Below are positions 40,327 through 52,935 of a DNA stretch of 64,000 nt, one piece after another (within the stretch, counting starts at the first letter, position 1; every line of letters begins with the position of its first letter). Location: positions 154,845 through 218,844 of the forward strand of contig NW_021832229.1 in assembly GCF_006345805.1 (NCBI RefSeq). Reading direction: 5' to 3'. This DNA comes from Octopus sinensis (taxonomy: Eukaryota). Below the pieces are notes generated by a model. The model saw only the letters and a program-made list of their open reading frames with translations. It was not told the DNA's origin and did no database searches. Both the position numbers and the translations under genes were made by a program.

Positions 40327-41390
40327 CTTAGGATGTGGAATGTTCGTATCAACTAACACGGACTACGGCATCATAATACTGTCCACGAAGAGGTGATAGG
40401 AGCAAAGCTTATCCAAGAGAAGTCGGTGGGCCTGCAAATCGGCAGATGGAGAGGCAGACCCATACCAACCGACAGTTTGTAGGGCGCTAAACGGAAAGAC
40501 AAGTTAAACTGCTTGGGGTCTGGTTTGCTCTAGACCTCGAGGTGGACAACAACGGGTGGGAGGTGACGAACAGGATAGTCGATATCACCCAGAAATTGGC
40601 AGAGAGGAAGCTCTTCGTGAAGGGTCGAGTCGAGGTGGCGAATGCGTACATCGCTTCCGTCATCTATGACTGCCTGAATGTAGTCCCATGCCCGATAAAT
40701 TTAGAGCGTTCGTTATTCCGCTTTCTAAAAATGGACGTGTTGCGCTCATCAGACGGTCCATCTGCTGTCAACAACCTCTCAGTGGAGTACTGGACATGCC
40801 GTTGCTAATGATTCGCAGACATGCGCTGAGACTGCGACATCTCCTGCGTTTCTTTAACGGTGAGCATGGGGGATTGACCGTTTGTCAAACGGGACTTTCC
40901 GCAGCTCGTCTCATTGATGAAGCTACAGTACTGAGTCAAGCGTTGGTCAAGAAAGGTCGCTTGGCACCTGGAGTGTCGGCAAGCTTTCACAGCTTTCTGC
41001 CAGTCGGGCAACGCGGCCGTTGAAAGTTCCACCATGGATTTCTATAGGGGATTAGTAGAGAACAACGACAAAATCGGGGTTAATTCTGAGCGTTGGTGGG
41101 GGAATCAACTAACTGGTCTTAAACTTCCAGAAATCCCTGGCCTGGCAGTGCTACCGGGGAGCTCTGCCGATTCAAGACAAGCTCTACAGATACGAAAGTG
41201 TTGTCGGACGGATATGTCGGGGTTGTGCGCAGGCCGATGAAATAGTCCTGCATGCACTCGTTCGTCCAGTTTACGAGCCGAGTTCATTGTAAAGATCACC
41301 CCGCCACCTTCTTTTGGCCGGGAAGGAAAAGCAGTTTCTTCTGCCCGGTGGCTACAGAAGTAGTGGGGTGGACGAGATTGAAAACATTGA
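40325..41390 (+). mobile_element. Decayed L1/Tx1-clade LINE fragment (duplicate ~47200-48265)
   Basis: GAKL..EKSVGLQIGRWRG, KLFVKGRVEVANAYIASVIY, MPLLMIRRHALRLRHL, CAQADEIVLHALV. Begins at (TA)n. Confidence 0.8.
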
Positions 41391-41489
41391 AGACTTAACC
41401 TCCTTCACAGTAAAATTATGTCATTTAATATTATCATTAATATTCACTTCAGTTTTATATTAAAGAAACACTAGGCATGGTTATGTTTT

Positions 41490-41637
41490 AGTTTCCGTCT
41501 ACTAAACCCACTCACAAGGTTTTAGTCGGCCCGAGGCTATAGTAAAAGACACTTGCCCAAAGTGCCACGCCGTGGGACTGAACCCGGAACCATGTGGTTG
41601 GTAAGCAAACTACTTACAACACAGCCACTCCCGCGCC
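41490..41637 (-). mobile_element. Head of a CORE-type tRNA-derived SINE (duplicate 48365-48511)
   Basis: Minus strand GGCGCGGGAGTGGCTGTGTTGTAAG...GGTTCCGGGTTCAGTCCC (A and B boxes), then CTTTGGGCAAGTGTCTT. Confidence 0.8.
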
Positions 41638-41765
41638 TTTTGAAGTTTGGAATATAATTATGTGTCAGTTATTATAATCATTAATGTGGTGTTCACTTCC
41701 GTTTTTATATCAAAGCAATACTTGGGTAGAGTTATATATCTCAGTGCATAGCACACACACACGCG

Positions 41766-41798
<33 letters not shown>

Positions 41799-42409
41799 CA
41801 GGACATATACTCTTGAAGACCCTTCACACCATAAAATCCTCGCCTGTCATCCTTCATTCGTATAAAATATTGCTACTTTGATAACGAAAATTCTTTTCCC
41901 ATAACTTTAAAGCTGCTAAAACCTTTAATTCCTCTTCAGAATTGTTATAATTTCTCTATCATATACTTTATTTTACAAACGTACTTTTCTGAAACGAACA
42001 ATTGTTAAATGAATTTGTATCGTTTGCTTCCATGTCAATCATTATATATACCATGTAAATTATTATCGTTATTGATAACGTGATTTTCTGAAGTGACACT
42101 ATCGTTAAATGAATCTATCGTCTGCTCACCGGAAATATTTGGCTGCTATTTCTAGCACATCCAGCTTAAGCTTCAGAGATTCCTCACGAAGAGAATGGTG
42201 GATGACAATGTGAACACTGGAGGGTCTAACAAAGAATTTAGAAATGTACTTCATTTTAATGTTAACTTTAGACGTTGTATTTGGGATGAGATCGATGATC
42301 AATAGTTATCGAGCAAAAGTGAGATGATTCTAAAACACGAAAAATCTGTCGTCTGATCGAATAACAATATTTTGATCATTTCCGGTTAATGTCGCTTTTA
42401 AACGATTTT

Positions 42410-42885
42410 TCTCAAATATTTTTTGTTTCTTCCTTTGCTTCTGACGTTATTTATTTGATACGAAAGTTTCTTGAGAGTATTACTTCTTCTCTGCCCCTCC
42501 ACTGTTCATAAGTGTTGGTTAGGTTTTCATTGTTTAGGGCTCTGCAATATGCTTGTTTTCTTTAATTTAATATCTTAACCCGGATGTTTTTCATTTGATT
42601 TCTCTTTTTGTATGTCTTCTTTTCCAAGCTGAGTTTATTCAATTCTTTTAGTACGTTTTGTGTGGTTGAATTTAGGTTGTGGATATCCGTTTCTGGAGTT
42701 CTGCTTTGGTTCTCATTTTGTTGTTGCTATGTAAGAAGGGAATAAAGTGTTTCTATGTAGATTTGCGTCTTTTGTGCCATTTCATGGAAGGCATCAGCAA
42801 GGCATTCATTTTTTATCATGGTTGAAAGTTTTTGGTAAATTTCTTCTAATAATATTTCAGATTTCAGTGATTCGGCACACACTCA
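42410..42885 (-). mobile_element. Decayed retroelement N-terminal coding fragment, probably PLE (duplicate ~49275-49750)
   Basis: Minus-strand frame with few stops: KILN*RKQAYCRALNNENLTNTYEQWRGREEVILSRNFRIK. Occupies the position held by the solo pseudo-LTR in copies A and B. Confidence 0.4.
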
Positions 42886-43057
42886 CACACACACAAATGT
42901 TCATGAATGTATTATATATATATACATATACGAATACATGAATATATACGTATATATAATTCTGTGTGTGTGTTTATATATATATATATACATATATACA
43001 CACACACACACAGATATCACAATTTGTAAAATAGTACTTAGATTATTTCAAGTTAAT

Positions 43058-43878
43058 AAGAAACTACCAGGCCAACATATTAAAGATCAGAAGCAGTCCA
43101 ACGTGTCGTGTATGCCAGCAACAAAATGAAACCATTGACCATGTGGTCTCCAAGTGCAGTCTTCTAGCGCCTACAGAGTATCTCAACAGACACGATAGAG
43201 CTGCACAATATATTCACTGGGTAATCTGCAAAAACCTGGATTTGCCCCATGAAAAAAACTGGTGGGAACACAAACCACCCCCAGTGCTTGAAAATGACCA
43301 CATCTCACTCCTCTGGAACTTCACCATTCAAACTGACAGGAAGATAGATGCTAATAGGCCAGACATCATATTGAAAGACTTCAAACAAAGAACATGCCTC
43401 CTCATTGATATGACTGTCCCAATCGATATAAACGTATCTGTCAAGACCTACAAAAAACTGAGCAAATATAAAGATCTTGAAATAGAAATCAGCAAAATGT
43501 GGAAGCTGAAGACTAAAACAATACCTGTTGTCATAGGTGCCCTGGGAATGATAGCAAAATGGGCTGATAGCTACCTAACTCAGATACCAGGAAACCCCAA
43601 AATGGCAGAAATTCAAAAGATAGTGCTCATGGGAACTGCTCATATCCTACGCAAAATACTTTCTATGTGATCTCAAGGTTTAAAACAAACATAATTTTCG
43701 GTTTAAAAGAAAAAAATTTTTTTTTTTAGACATTCATTAGTACAACACCAAAACTCCCCCCCAAATATATGGCACACTAGGAATAACAACAACATGAACT
43801 TCCAACCTGTTGTCTCTTGAGGTCTCTGGGTGAGACTTGGAGTCAAATTGTACAAATATAAAGCAAAAGACAAACATA

Positions 43879-43879
<1 letters not shown>
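43058..43879 (+). mobile_element. 5'-truncated Dong/R4 LINE, family C copy 3
   Basis: ORF 43143-43670 (RLE domain) and (AAT)n tail. The 5' junction lies in the non-microsatellite sequence CAAGTTAAT. Confidence 0.95.
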
Positions 43880-43957
<78 letters not shown>

Positions 43958-43958
<1 letters not shown>

Positions 43959-44509
43959 GCCCTGATGCAGTACCAGACAGTGGCTCTCATGGCTTCTGAT
44001 CTTAACTGATTGGAAGTGTTATGTACATTGTTTTGTCTTGGTATAAAAGATGGGCTACAGCAAATATTCTGCTCAATACCACAGATTTGCTTGTCAGTTG
44101 TTTGACCTTAACCAGTTGAGCATGTCCCTTAGTGGCTGACGATATGTGCATCTCTGATCACGAGCAGAAGTAGTGGGGGAGCATCATAGCCATGTGTTGA
44201 GAGGGATTCTTTGGGGTTTGAATAATTCACCTCTGGAAACATGGGTGGTTCTTTCAACATCCTTAAACAACCCTTATTCAGAGACCTTTTGAGCGGGATG
44301 GGCTACTCAACCTGAAAAAAATTTTAACTGGGCCCCACCTGCAAGGTCATGTGCTGTTTATCTTGATATGAGATCACCATGTCGTGCACATATGGTTGTG
44401 ATGCATGTGCCTGGTGTACCTTTATCAGACGTGTCGTCATGATGGGTATATTGGGCTTCGTATATTTTACCCCAGTGTCACTTTGATGGCATGCACTGCT
44501 CTCTCACTC
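43958..44509 (+). mobile_element. ~550-bp non-coding module bounded by (AAT)n on both sides (non-autonomous TAA-targeting element or LINE 3' UTR)
   Basis: Complex, higher-GC sequence with no recognisable protein motif, sitting between two pure (AAT)n tracts within the Dong stack. Confidence 0.5.
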
Positions 44510-44567
<58 letters not shown>

Positions 44568-44600
44568 TAATAATAATAATAATAATAACTATAATAATAA

Positions 44601-46680
44601 ATCAATAGCCTGGATAGACTATAAAAAGGCTTTTGATAGCCTACCACATAGCTGGATTAGGAAATGCCTGGAAATGTATAAGATAGCACCTACTCTGCGA
44701 AACTTCTTGACTGTAAGTATGAGATCATGGAGAACCACACTAACTCTGAACAGTGACAATGAATCCCTAAATGCCGGTGATGTAAAAATTTCGTGTGGAA
44801 TTTTCCAGGGTGACTCACTCTCACCACTCCTCTTTTGTTTATCCTTAATACCTCTCTCAAAGCTGCTCAATGACGCGCAGTACGGGTATAAAATGTTTGA
44901 TAAAAATATAAATCATCTCGTTTACATGGATGATTTAAAGCTTTTTGCTAAAAATGACGAACAACTCAAGGGCTTACTAGCGATAGTCAAACAATTCAGT
45001 GACGACATCAGAATGCAATTCGGCCTCGATAAATGTGCAAAGGCTACCTTTATCAAAGGAAAAATGACAGAAACATCTAACGTTAACCTTGACCAACAGA
45101 ATGTCATAAAAGAACTAGACCCAGCGGAGAGCTACAAGTACCTAGGGGTAATTGAAGGGAACGGAATAAGGCATTCAGAGATGAAGGAAAGGATCAGGAG
45201 AGAATGATATCGAAGAGTGAGAGCAATACTTAAGACAGAGCTGAATGCAAGAAACAGGATCGAAGCGATCAATGCATTAGCCATACCAGTCGTGACTTAC
45301 AGTTTCAATATTGTTAACTGGTCAATTACTGAAATATGTCAGCTCGACAGAAAAATAAGGAAACTGTTGACAATGCATAGAATGCACCACCCTAAGGCAG
45401 ATACAGAACGACTTTATCTGCCAAGAGAAGAGGGAGGCCGTGGTCTTTTGCAACTGGCAATAACAATGAAGATTGCTACAATTGGCCTAGACACCACCTA
45501 CTGAAAGACTCTGAGGACTGGATGTTAAAACTTGTCTCAAAACATGAAAACAAGAAGCATCATACTCAGTCACAAAACAGGCAAAGGAATATCTAAGTGA
45601 ATTCCGAATACAACCAATTTCGGAATTAGAGATAGATATACAAGAAACAAGCACAGAAAAAGCTAGGCGCATGAAAACCCGTGCCAAAACTGCGGCCTTA
45701 GATATTCTGAATAATAAATGGCAAGAAAAACTCTCTATGGCAAATACCCAAGAGAGCAAATAATGCAGATGTTGATACAGCCCTGACCCATCAATGGCTA
45801 ATGGCCTCTGGCTTAAAATCTGAAACAGAAGGGTTTATCATAGCAGCTCAAGATCAATGCCTACCAACAAGAAACTACCAGGCAACATATTAAAGAACGG
45901 CAGTAGCCCAACATGTCGTGTATGCCGACAACAAAATGAAACCATTGACCATGTTGTCTCCAAATGCAGTCTTCTAGCGCCTACAGAGCACCTCAGTAGG
46001 CATGATAGAGCTGCACAATATATTCACTGGGTAATTTGCAAAAACCTGGATTTGCCCCACGAAAAAAAATGGGGGGAACACAATCCACCTCCTGTGCTTG
46101 AAAATGACCACATCTCACTCCTCTGGAACTTCACCATTCAAACTGACAGGAAGATAGATGCAAATAGGCCAGACATTATATTGAAAGACTTCAGACAAAG
46201 AACATGCCTCCTCATTGATATGACTGTCCCAATCGATATAAACGTATCTGTCAAGACCTACCAAAAACTGAGCAAATATAAAGATCTTGAAATAGAAATC
46301 AGCAAAATGTGGAAGCTGAAGACTAAAACAATACTTGTTGTCATAGGTGCCCTGGGAATGATAGCGTAAGGGACTGATTGCTGCCTAACTCAGATACCAG
46401 CAAACCCCAAAATGGCAGAAATTCAAAAGATAGTGCTCATGGGAACTGCTCATATCCTACGCAAAATACTCTCTATGTAATCCCAAGGTTTAAAACAAAC
46501 TTTTTTATTTATTTATTTATTTATATTTTTTATGTATTAGACATTCACTAGTACAACACCAGAAAAAGAAAGAAAGAAAAAAAACCAAATATATAGCACA
46601 GAACTTCTAACCTGTTGTCTCTTGAGGTCTCTGGGTGAGACTTGGAGCCACCTTGTACAGACATAAAGCAAAAGTCAAAC

Positions 46681-46683
<3 letters not shown>
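44601..46683 (+). mobile_element. 5'-truncated Dong/R4 LINE, family C copy 4
   Basis: Starts at SIAWIDYKKAFDSLPH. GIFQGDSLSP, YMDDLK. ORFs 44674-45207, 45217-45504 and 45857-46369. Shares the MIA* stop with copy 1. Confidence 0.95.
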
Positions 46684-46770
<87 letters not shown>

Positions 46771-47137
46771 GTTGTTATTGGAATTTTTTTTGCGGCTAAA
46801 CATTTCACTCACTTCTTCCCAGTAAAATTATGTCATTTAATGCAATCGTTAATGTGATATTCCCTTCAGTTTCATATTAAAAGAAAAGCTTAGGCAGGGT
46901 TATGTATCTAATTGCATCACACACACAGACACAGACACACACACACACACACACACTCACAAACGTACACATCAACCCTCCTCCTCTTCTTTCCCCTCTC
47001 TCTCTCTCTCTCTCTCTTCTATCACTCACTCTCCCCCTCTCTCATTTTAACACTTCTACTTCCACCGCCAATCATCATAAACTGCTGACTGAAACTTTTC
47101 AAATCGAAATTATATAATTAGAAATACAGATGCCATA

Positions 47138-47202
<65 letters not shown>

Positions 47203-48639
47203 CTTAGGATGTGGAATGTTCGTATCAACTAACACGGACTACGGCATCATAATACTGTCCACGAAGAGGTGATAGGAGCAAAGCTTATCCAAGAGAAGTC
47301 GGTGGGCCTGCAAATCGGCAGATGGAGAGGCAGACCCATACCAACCGACAGTTTGTAGGGCGCTAAACGGAAAGACAAGTTAAACTGCTTGGGGTCTGGT
47401 TTGCTCTAGACCTCGAGGTGGACAACAACGGGTGGGAGGTGACGAACAGGATAGTCGATATCACCCAGAAATTGGCAGAGAGGAAGCTCTTCGTGAAGGG
47501 TCGAGTCGAGGTGGCGAATGCGTACATCGCTTCCGTCATCTATGACTGCCTGAATGTAGTCCCATGCCCGGTAAATTTAGAGCGTTCGTTATTCCGCTTT
47601 CTAAAAATGGACGTGTTCCGCTCATCAGACGGTCCATCTGCTGTCAACAACCTCTCAGCGGAGTACTGGACATGCCGTTGCTAATGATTCGCAGACATGC
47701 ACTGAGACTAAGACATCTCCTGCGTTTCTTTAACGGTGAGCATGGGGGATTGACTGTTTGTCAAACGGGACTTTCCGCAGCTCGTCTCATTGATGAAGCT
47801 ACAGTACTGAGTCAAGCGTTGGTAAAGAAAGGTCGCTTGGCACCTGGAGTGTCGGCAAGCTTTCACAGCTTTCTGCCAGTCGGGCAACGCGGCCGTTGAA
47901 AGTTCCACCATGGATTTCTATAGGGGATTAGTAGAGAACAACGACAAAATCGGGGTTAATTCTGAGCGTTGGTGGGGAATCAACTAACTGGTCTTAACTT
48001 CCAGAAATCCCTGGCCTGGCAGTGCTACCGGAGAGCTCTGCCGATTCAAGACAAGCTCTACAGATACGAAAGTGTTGTCGGACGGATATGTCGGGGTTGT
48101 GCGCAGGCCGATGAAATAGTCCTGCATGCACTCGTTCGTCCAGTTTACGAGCCGAGTTCATTGTAAAGATCACCCCGCCACCTTCTTTTGGCCGGGAAGG
48201 AAAAGCAGTTTCTTCTGCCCGGTGGCTACAGAAGTAGTGGGGTGGACGAGATTGAAAACATTGAAGACTTAACCTCCTTCACAGTAAAATTATGTCATTT
48301 AATATTATCATTAATATTCACTTCAGTTTTATATTAAAGAAACACTAGGCATGGTTATGTTTTAGTTTCCGTCTACTAAACCCACTCACAAGGCTTTAGT
48401 CGGCCCGAGGCTATAGTAAAAGACACTTGCCCAAAGTGCCACGCCGTGGGACTGAACCCGGAACCATGTGGTTGGTAAGCAAACTACTTACAACACAGCC
48501 ACTCCCGCGCCTTTTGAAGTTTGGAATATAATTATGTGTCAGTTATTATAATCGTTAATGTGGTGTTCACTTCCGTTTTTATATCAAAGCAATACTTGGG
48601 TAGAGTTATATATCTCAGTGCATAGCACACACACACGCG

Positions 48640-48672
<33 letters not shown>

Positions 48673-50349
48673 CAGGACATATACTCTTGAAGACCCTTCA
48701 CACCATAAAATCCTCGCCTGTCATCCTTCATTCGTATAAAATATTGCTACTTTGATAACGAAAATTCTTTTCCCATAACTTTAAAGCTGCTAAAACCTTT
48801 AATTCCTCTTCAGAATTGTTATAATTTCTCTATCATATACTTTATTTTACAAACGTACTTTTCTGAAACGAACAATTGTTAAATGAATTTGTATCGTTTG
48901 CTTCCATGTCAATCATTATATATACCATGTAAATTAGTATCGTTATTGATAACGTGATTTTCTGAAGTGACACTATCGTTAAATGAATCTATCGTCTGCT
49001 CACCGGAAATATTTGGCTGCTATTTCTAGCACATCCAGCTTAAGCTTCAGAGATTCCTCACGAAGAGAATGGTGGATGACAATGTGAACACTGGAGGGTC
49101 TAACAAAGAATTTAGAAATGTACTTCATTTTAATGTTAACTTTAGACGTTGTATTTGGGATGAGATCGATGATCATAGTTATCGAGCAAAAGTGAGATGA
49201 TTCTAAAACACGAAAAATCTGTCGTCTGATCGAATAACAATATTTTGATCATTTCCGGTTAATGTCGCTTTTAAACGATTTTTCTCAAATATTTTTTGTT
49301 TCTTCCTTTTCTTCTGACGTTATTTATTTGATACGAAAGTTTCTTGAGAGTATTACTTCTTCTCTGCCCCTCCACTGTTCATAAGTGTTGGTTAGGTTTT
49401 CATTGTTTAGGGCTCTGCAATATGCTTGTTTTCTTTAATTTAATATCTTAATCTGGATGTTTTTCATTTGATTTCTCTTTTTGTATGTCTTCTTTTCCAA
49501 GCTGAGTTTATTCAATTCTTTTAGTACGTTTTGTGTGGTTGAATTTAGGTTGTGGATATCCGTTTCTGGAGTTCTGCTTTGGTTCTCATTTTGTTGTTGC
49601 TATGTAAGAAGGGAATAAAGTGTTTCTATGTAGATTTGCGTCTTTTGTGCCATTTCCTGGAAGGCATCAGCAAGGCATTCATTTTTTATCATGGTTGAAA
49701 GTTTTTGGTAAATTTCTTCTAATAATATTTCAGATTTCAGTGATTCGGCACACACTCACACACACACAAATGTTCATGAATGTATTATATATATATACAT
49801 ATACGAATACATGAATATATACGTATATATAATTCTGTGTGCGTGTTTATATATATATATATATATACATATACACACACACACACACACAGATATCACA
49901 ATTTGTAAAATAGTACTTAGATTATTTCAAGTTAATTTCAGTTACGCGGATGCAAAGTCTCATACAGTTACGCATATACACACACATACATACACACACG
50001 CAACACCAGACAGTGACATAATTTTCATTACTCCATTTCTGCTGGAATGCTAATGCCGGGGAAGAAGGAGGGTATACTGAGTAAGTGAAGGGAATTAAAA
50101 TGTATCAATCCCACCAAATCCTTAGTACATGGTTACGTAGCTAATAACATCACACAAACACATACACACACACACAAAACCCTCTTCCTCTTCTTTCTCC
50201 CTCCCTCTCTCTCTCTCTCTCTCTTGCTATCACTTTCTTTCCCCTCTCTCATTTACACTCTTCCACTATCACCGCCTATCTTTGACTGCTGACGCAAACT
50301 TTTCATATCGCATTCATATAATGAGAAATAAAGACGCCAATCTATATCT

Positions 50350-50429
<80 letters not shown>

Positions 50430-50492
50430 TTATTGTGTGCGTTGTGTTCCGCTACTTTAATGAAAAAATGTATGGGAAATAAACTAATGACG

Positions 50493-50554
<62 letters not shown>

Positions 50555-50559
<5 letters not shown>

Positions 50560-52048
50560 GAAATGAAGAAAATGCTGACAAAATAATTTAAGTAATTTAA
50601 GTAATTTAATTAGGTGAAAGTCCTTTTTACCGGTTGCGCATTTGTTATGCTTATGAAAAGATATTTTTTTAAGAGAGATTAGAGTTCCTTTCTGATAGAT
50701 TTTTTCCTCTTATCTGACTTTATGTTGGGTTTGCTGTCTCTTATATGTGAAAAAAGAGGCTGCAGAGTTGTTTAGGATTTGCTTGGTTTCGTGTCTAAAA
50801 TTTCATGTGGACAATGGTCAATACAATTTTGATTGGTCATTATGAAGGGGTCACGTGAATGTTTGAATGGAAGTTGGTGTTGGGGTAAGAAAAAAGGCTC
50901 TAGAGAAGTTAAAAAGTGGTCTGCATTTATTAATAAGGTGGGATTCCATGGTTATTCGCTGGGTATGAGTGGCATTGTCTTTAAATTTGTAGAGGGGAAA
51001 GATTCTAAAATTGGCATGGAGTTGTGCGGCACAGGTATCAATATGTGCACTAAGTGCTATTTTTCTGTATTCCTGTATTTTTATTTGGGATCTGTGGACA
51101 GTCATGCGTTGGCGGAGGCTATTTTTAGTTTGGCCTATGTAGTGTTCATTACAGCCCGAGCAAGTTAAGACATATACTAGATTTTCTGATGCGCATGTGA
51201 AGTTGTGTTTTACTGTGAAACATTGTCCTTGTTTAAAACATCCAACACTATTTTTTGGAAATGACTGTAAATATTGACTTCACACAAACACGTTGCTTCC
51301 TGATACAGGCACAAGGCCAGCAGAACTATAAATATTGAAAATCGTACCCACACACGCACACATATATACACGCGCGCGCCCCAACATACATATAAACACA
51401 CACACACACGCGCGCGCACACATACATACATATTGCTCTTCCTGTCCTAAACGAACTTACTTATCCAGCTCAAATTCAGTCAAGCGGAAAATACACTCCC
51501 TAACTACGCGCTAAAAAGCTATTTAAAATATCCACATGACGTCTACTGACCACCCTGAACAATAAGAATTGTCAACAACGCTATTTTCGAAAATTCTAAA
51601 CATTCACGTGACCTCTCTATTATAACCACATCCACGTGGCCTCTTTATTATGACCAATAAGAAATTTTAGGCGCGACACTAGCCAAATTTTAACTTCTCT
51701 GGAGCCTTTTTTCTTACCCCAACACCAACTTCCATTCAAACATTCACGTGACCCCTTCATAATGACCAATCAAAATTGTATTGACCATTGTCCACAAGAA
51801 ATTTTAGGTGCGAAACCAAGCAAATCCTAAACAACTCTGGAGCCTCTTTTTTCACATATAAGAGACAGCAAACCCAACATAAAGTCAGATAAGAGGAAAA
51901 ATCTATCAGAAAGGAACTCTAATCTCTCTTAAAAACATATCTTTTGATAAGCATAACAAATACGCAACTGGTTAAAAGGACTTTCACCTAATTAATTTAC
52001 TTAAATTACTTAAATTATTTTGTCAGCATTTTCTTCATTTCCTTTTTT
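50555..52048 (-). mobile_element. Truncated Penelope element with inverted ~360-bp pseudo-LTR arms (50555-50914 / 51688-52048) and an open GIY-YIG frame
   Basis: Minus strand 51234-50851 is open for 128 codons: KQGQCFTVKHNFTCASENLVYVLTCSGCNEHYIGQTKNSLRQRMTVHRSQI...SAHIDTC...MESHLINKCRP. The arms are reverse complements. Inserted in (TA)n and absent from the equivalent sites in copies A and B. Confidence 0.85.
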
Positions 52049-52109
52049 ATATATCACAACTCGTGTTCCACATCTCCTTTTTTAAATATATATATATATA
52101 TATATATGA

Positions 52110-52176
<67 letters not shown>

Positions 52177-52935
52177 ATTCACTAACTCTTACGAACAGAG
52201 GCTAAGACCATTTTATTGGTAAGTTACGATTTTCATTATATTATATCGGCCATCTATTGGCCATCGTCCAGCCTCCTCAACTGCATTTAGGATTGGATAA
52301 AAATGGTCTCCACCGTTAAGAACTCATAAGTTTGCGTCCCCAAATGACCTAAAATGTTTTTTTATGCTTTTATTTTTACTTCAGTAATTTTCAGTTAACC
52401 CATTAGCATTGGCACTGGCCACGTCGGGCCCAAATATTCTTCATGTTTTCTGTTGAAATTGAACAGATCAGCCCTTTCACAACCACCATGCAAAGTTATT
52501 CTAAAAGTAAGCAATCACATAATTAAAATCTCAAAGCTAGAAGATAACGTATGATTAATTGTAAACGATGTGAATAAATAAGTAATTCATGTGAATGTTG
52601 AAGAAGTATCCCCTTCTAGCTGGTACAATAATGAAACAGCAATTCCATCTCAAATTACAACAAGTGGGGTCTTTTTAAGGACACATTTCAGGTTCGAGGG
52701 AGTGGTTAAGAATGTTAGTAGTACAAAAAATCGAGTCGGTATTTTTCTTAGTAGTTGAGTCTTGTTTAGTATTGTTTGAAGCCGAGAAGGGTCAAATAAC
52801 AGTAGAGGCGGTTGAAATGCAAAAATTTGAAGAAATTTGTGATGTGTTGGTGAGATTTAGAAGGCTAAGAGGAGGATGAAAAAGCGATTGATCATAATTT
52901 GCTTCGTTTGATGTAGGTCCATTTTTATTTGTTCA

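Larger units (their letters stand above)
34491..52899. repeat. Duplication copy C plus reshuffled derivatives, including a near-identical direct repeat 39835-43057 / 46685-49935
   Basis: 34491-37224 matches copy B. The 39.9-43.0 kb block recurs at 46.7-49.9 kb (near-identical ORFs 40542/47418, 41684/48558, 42747/49620). 49812-52899 matches 15540-16990. Confidence 0.9.
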
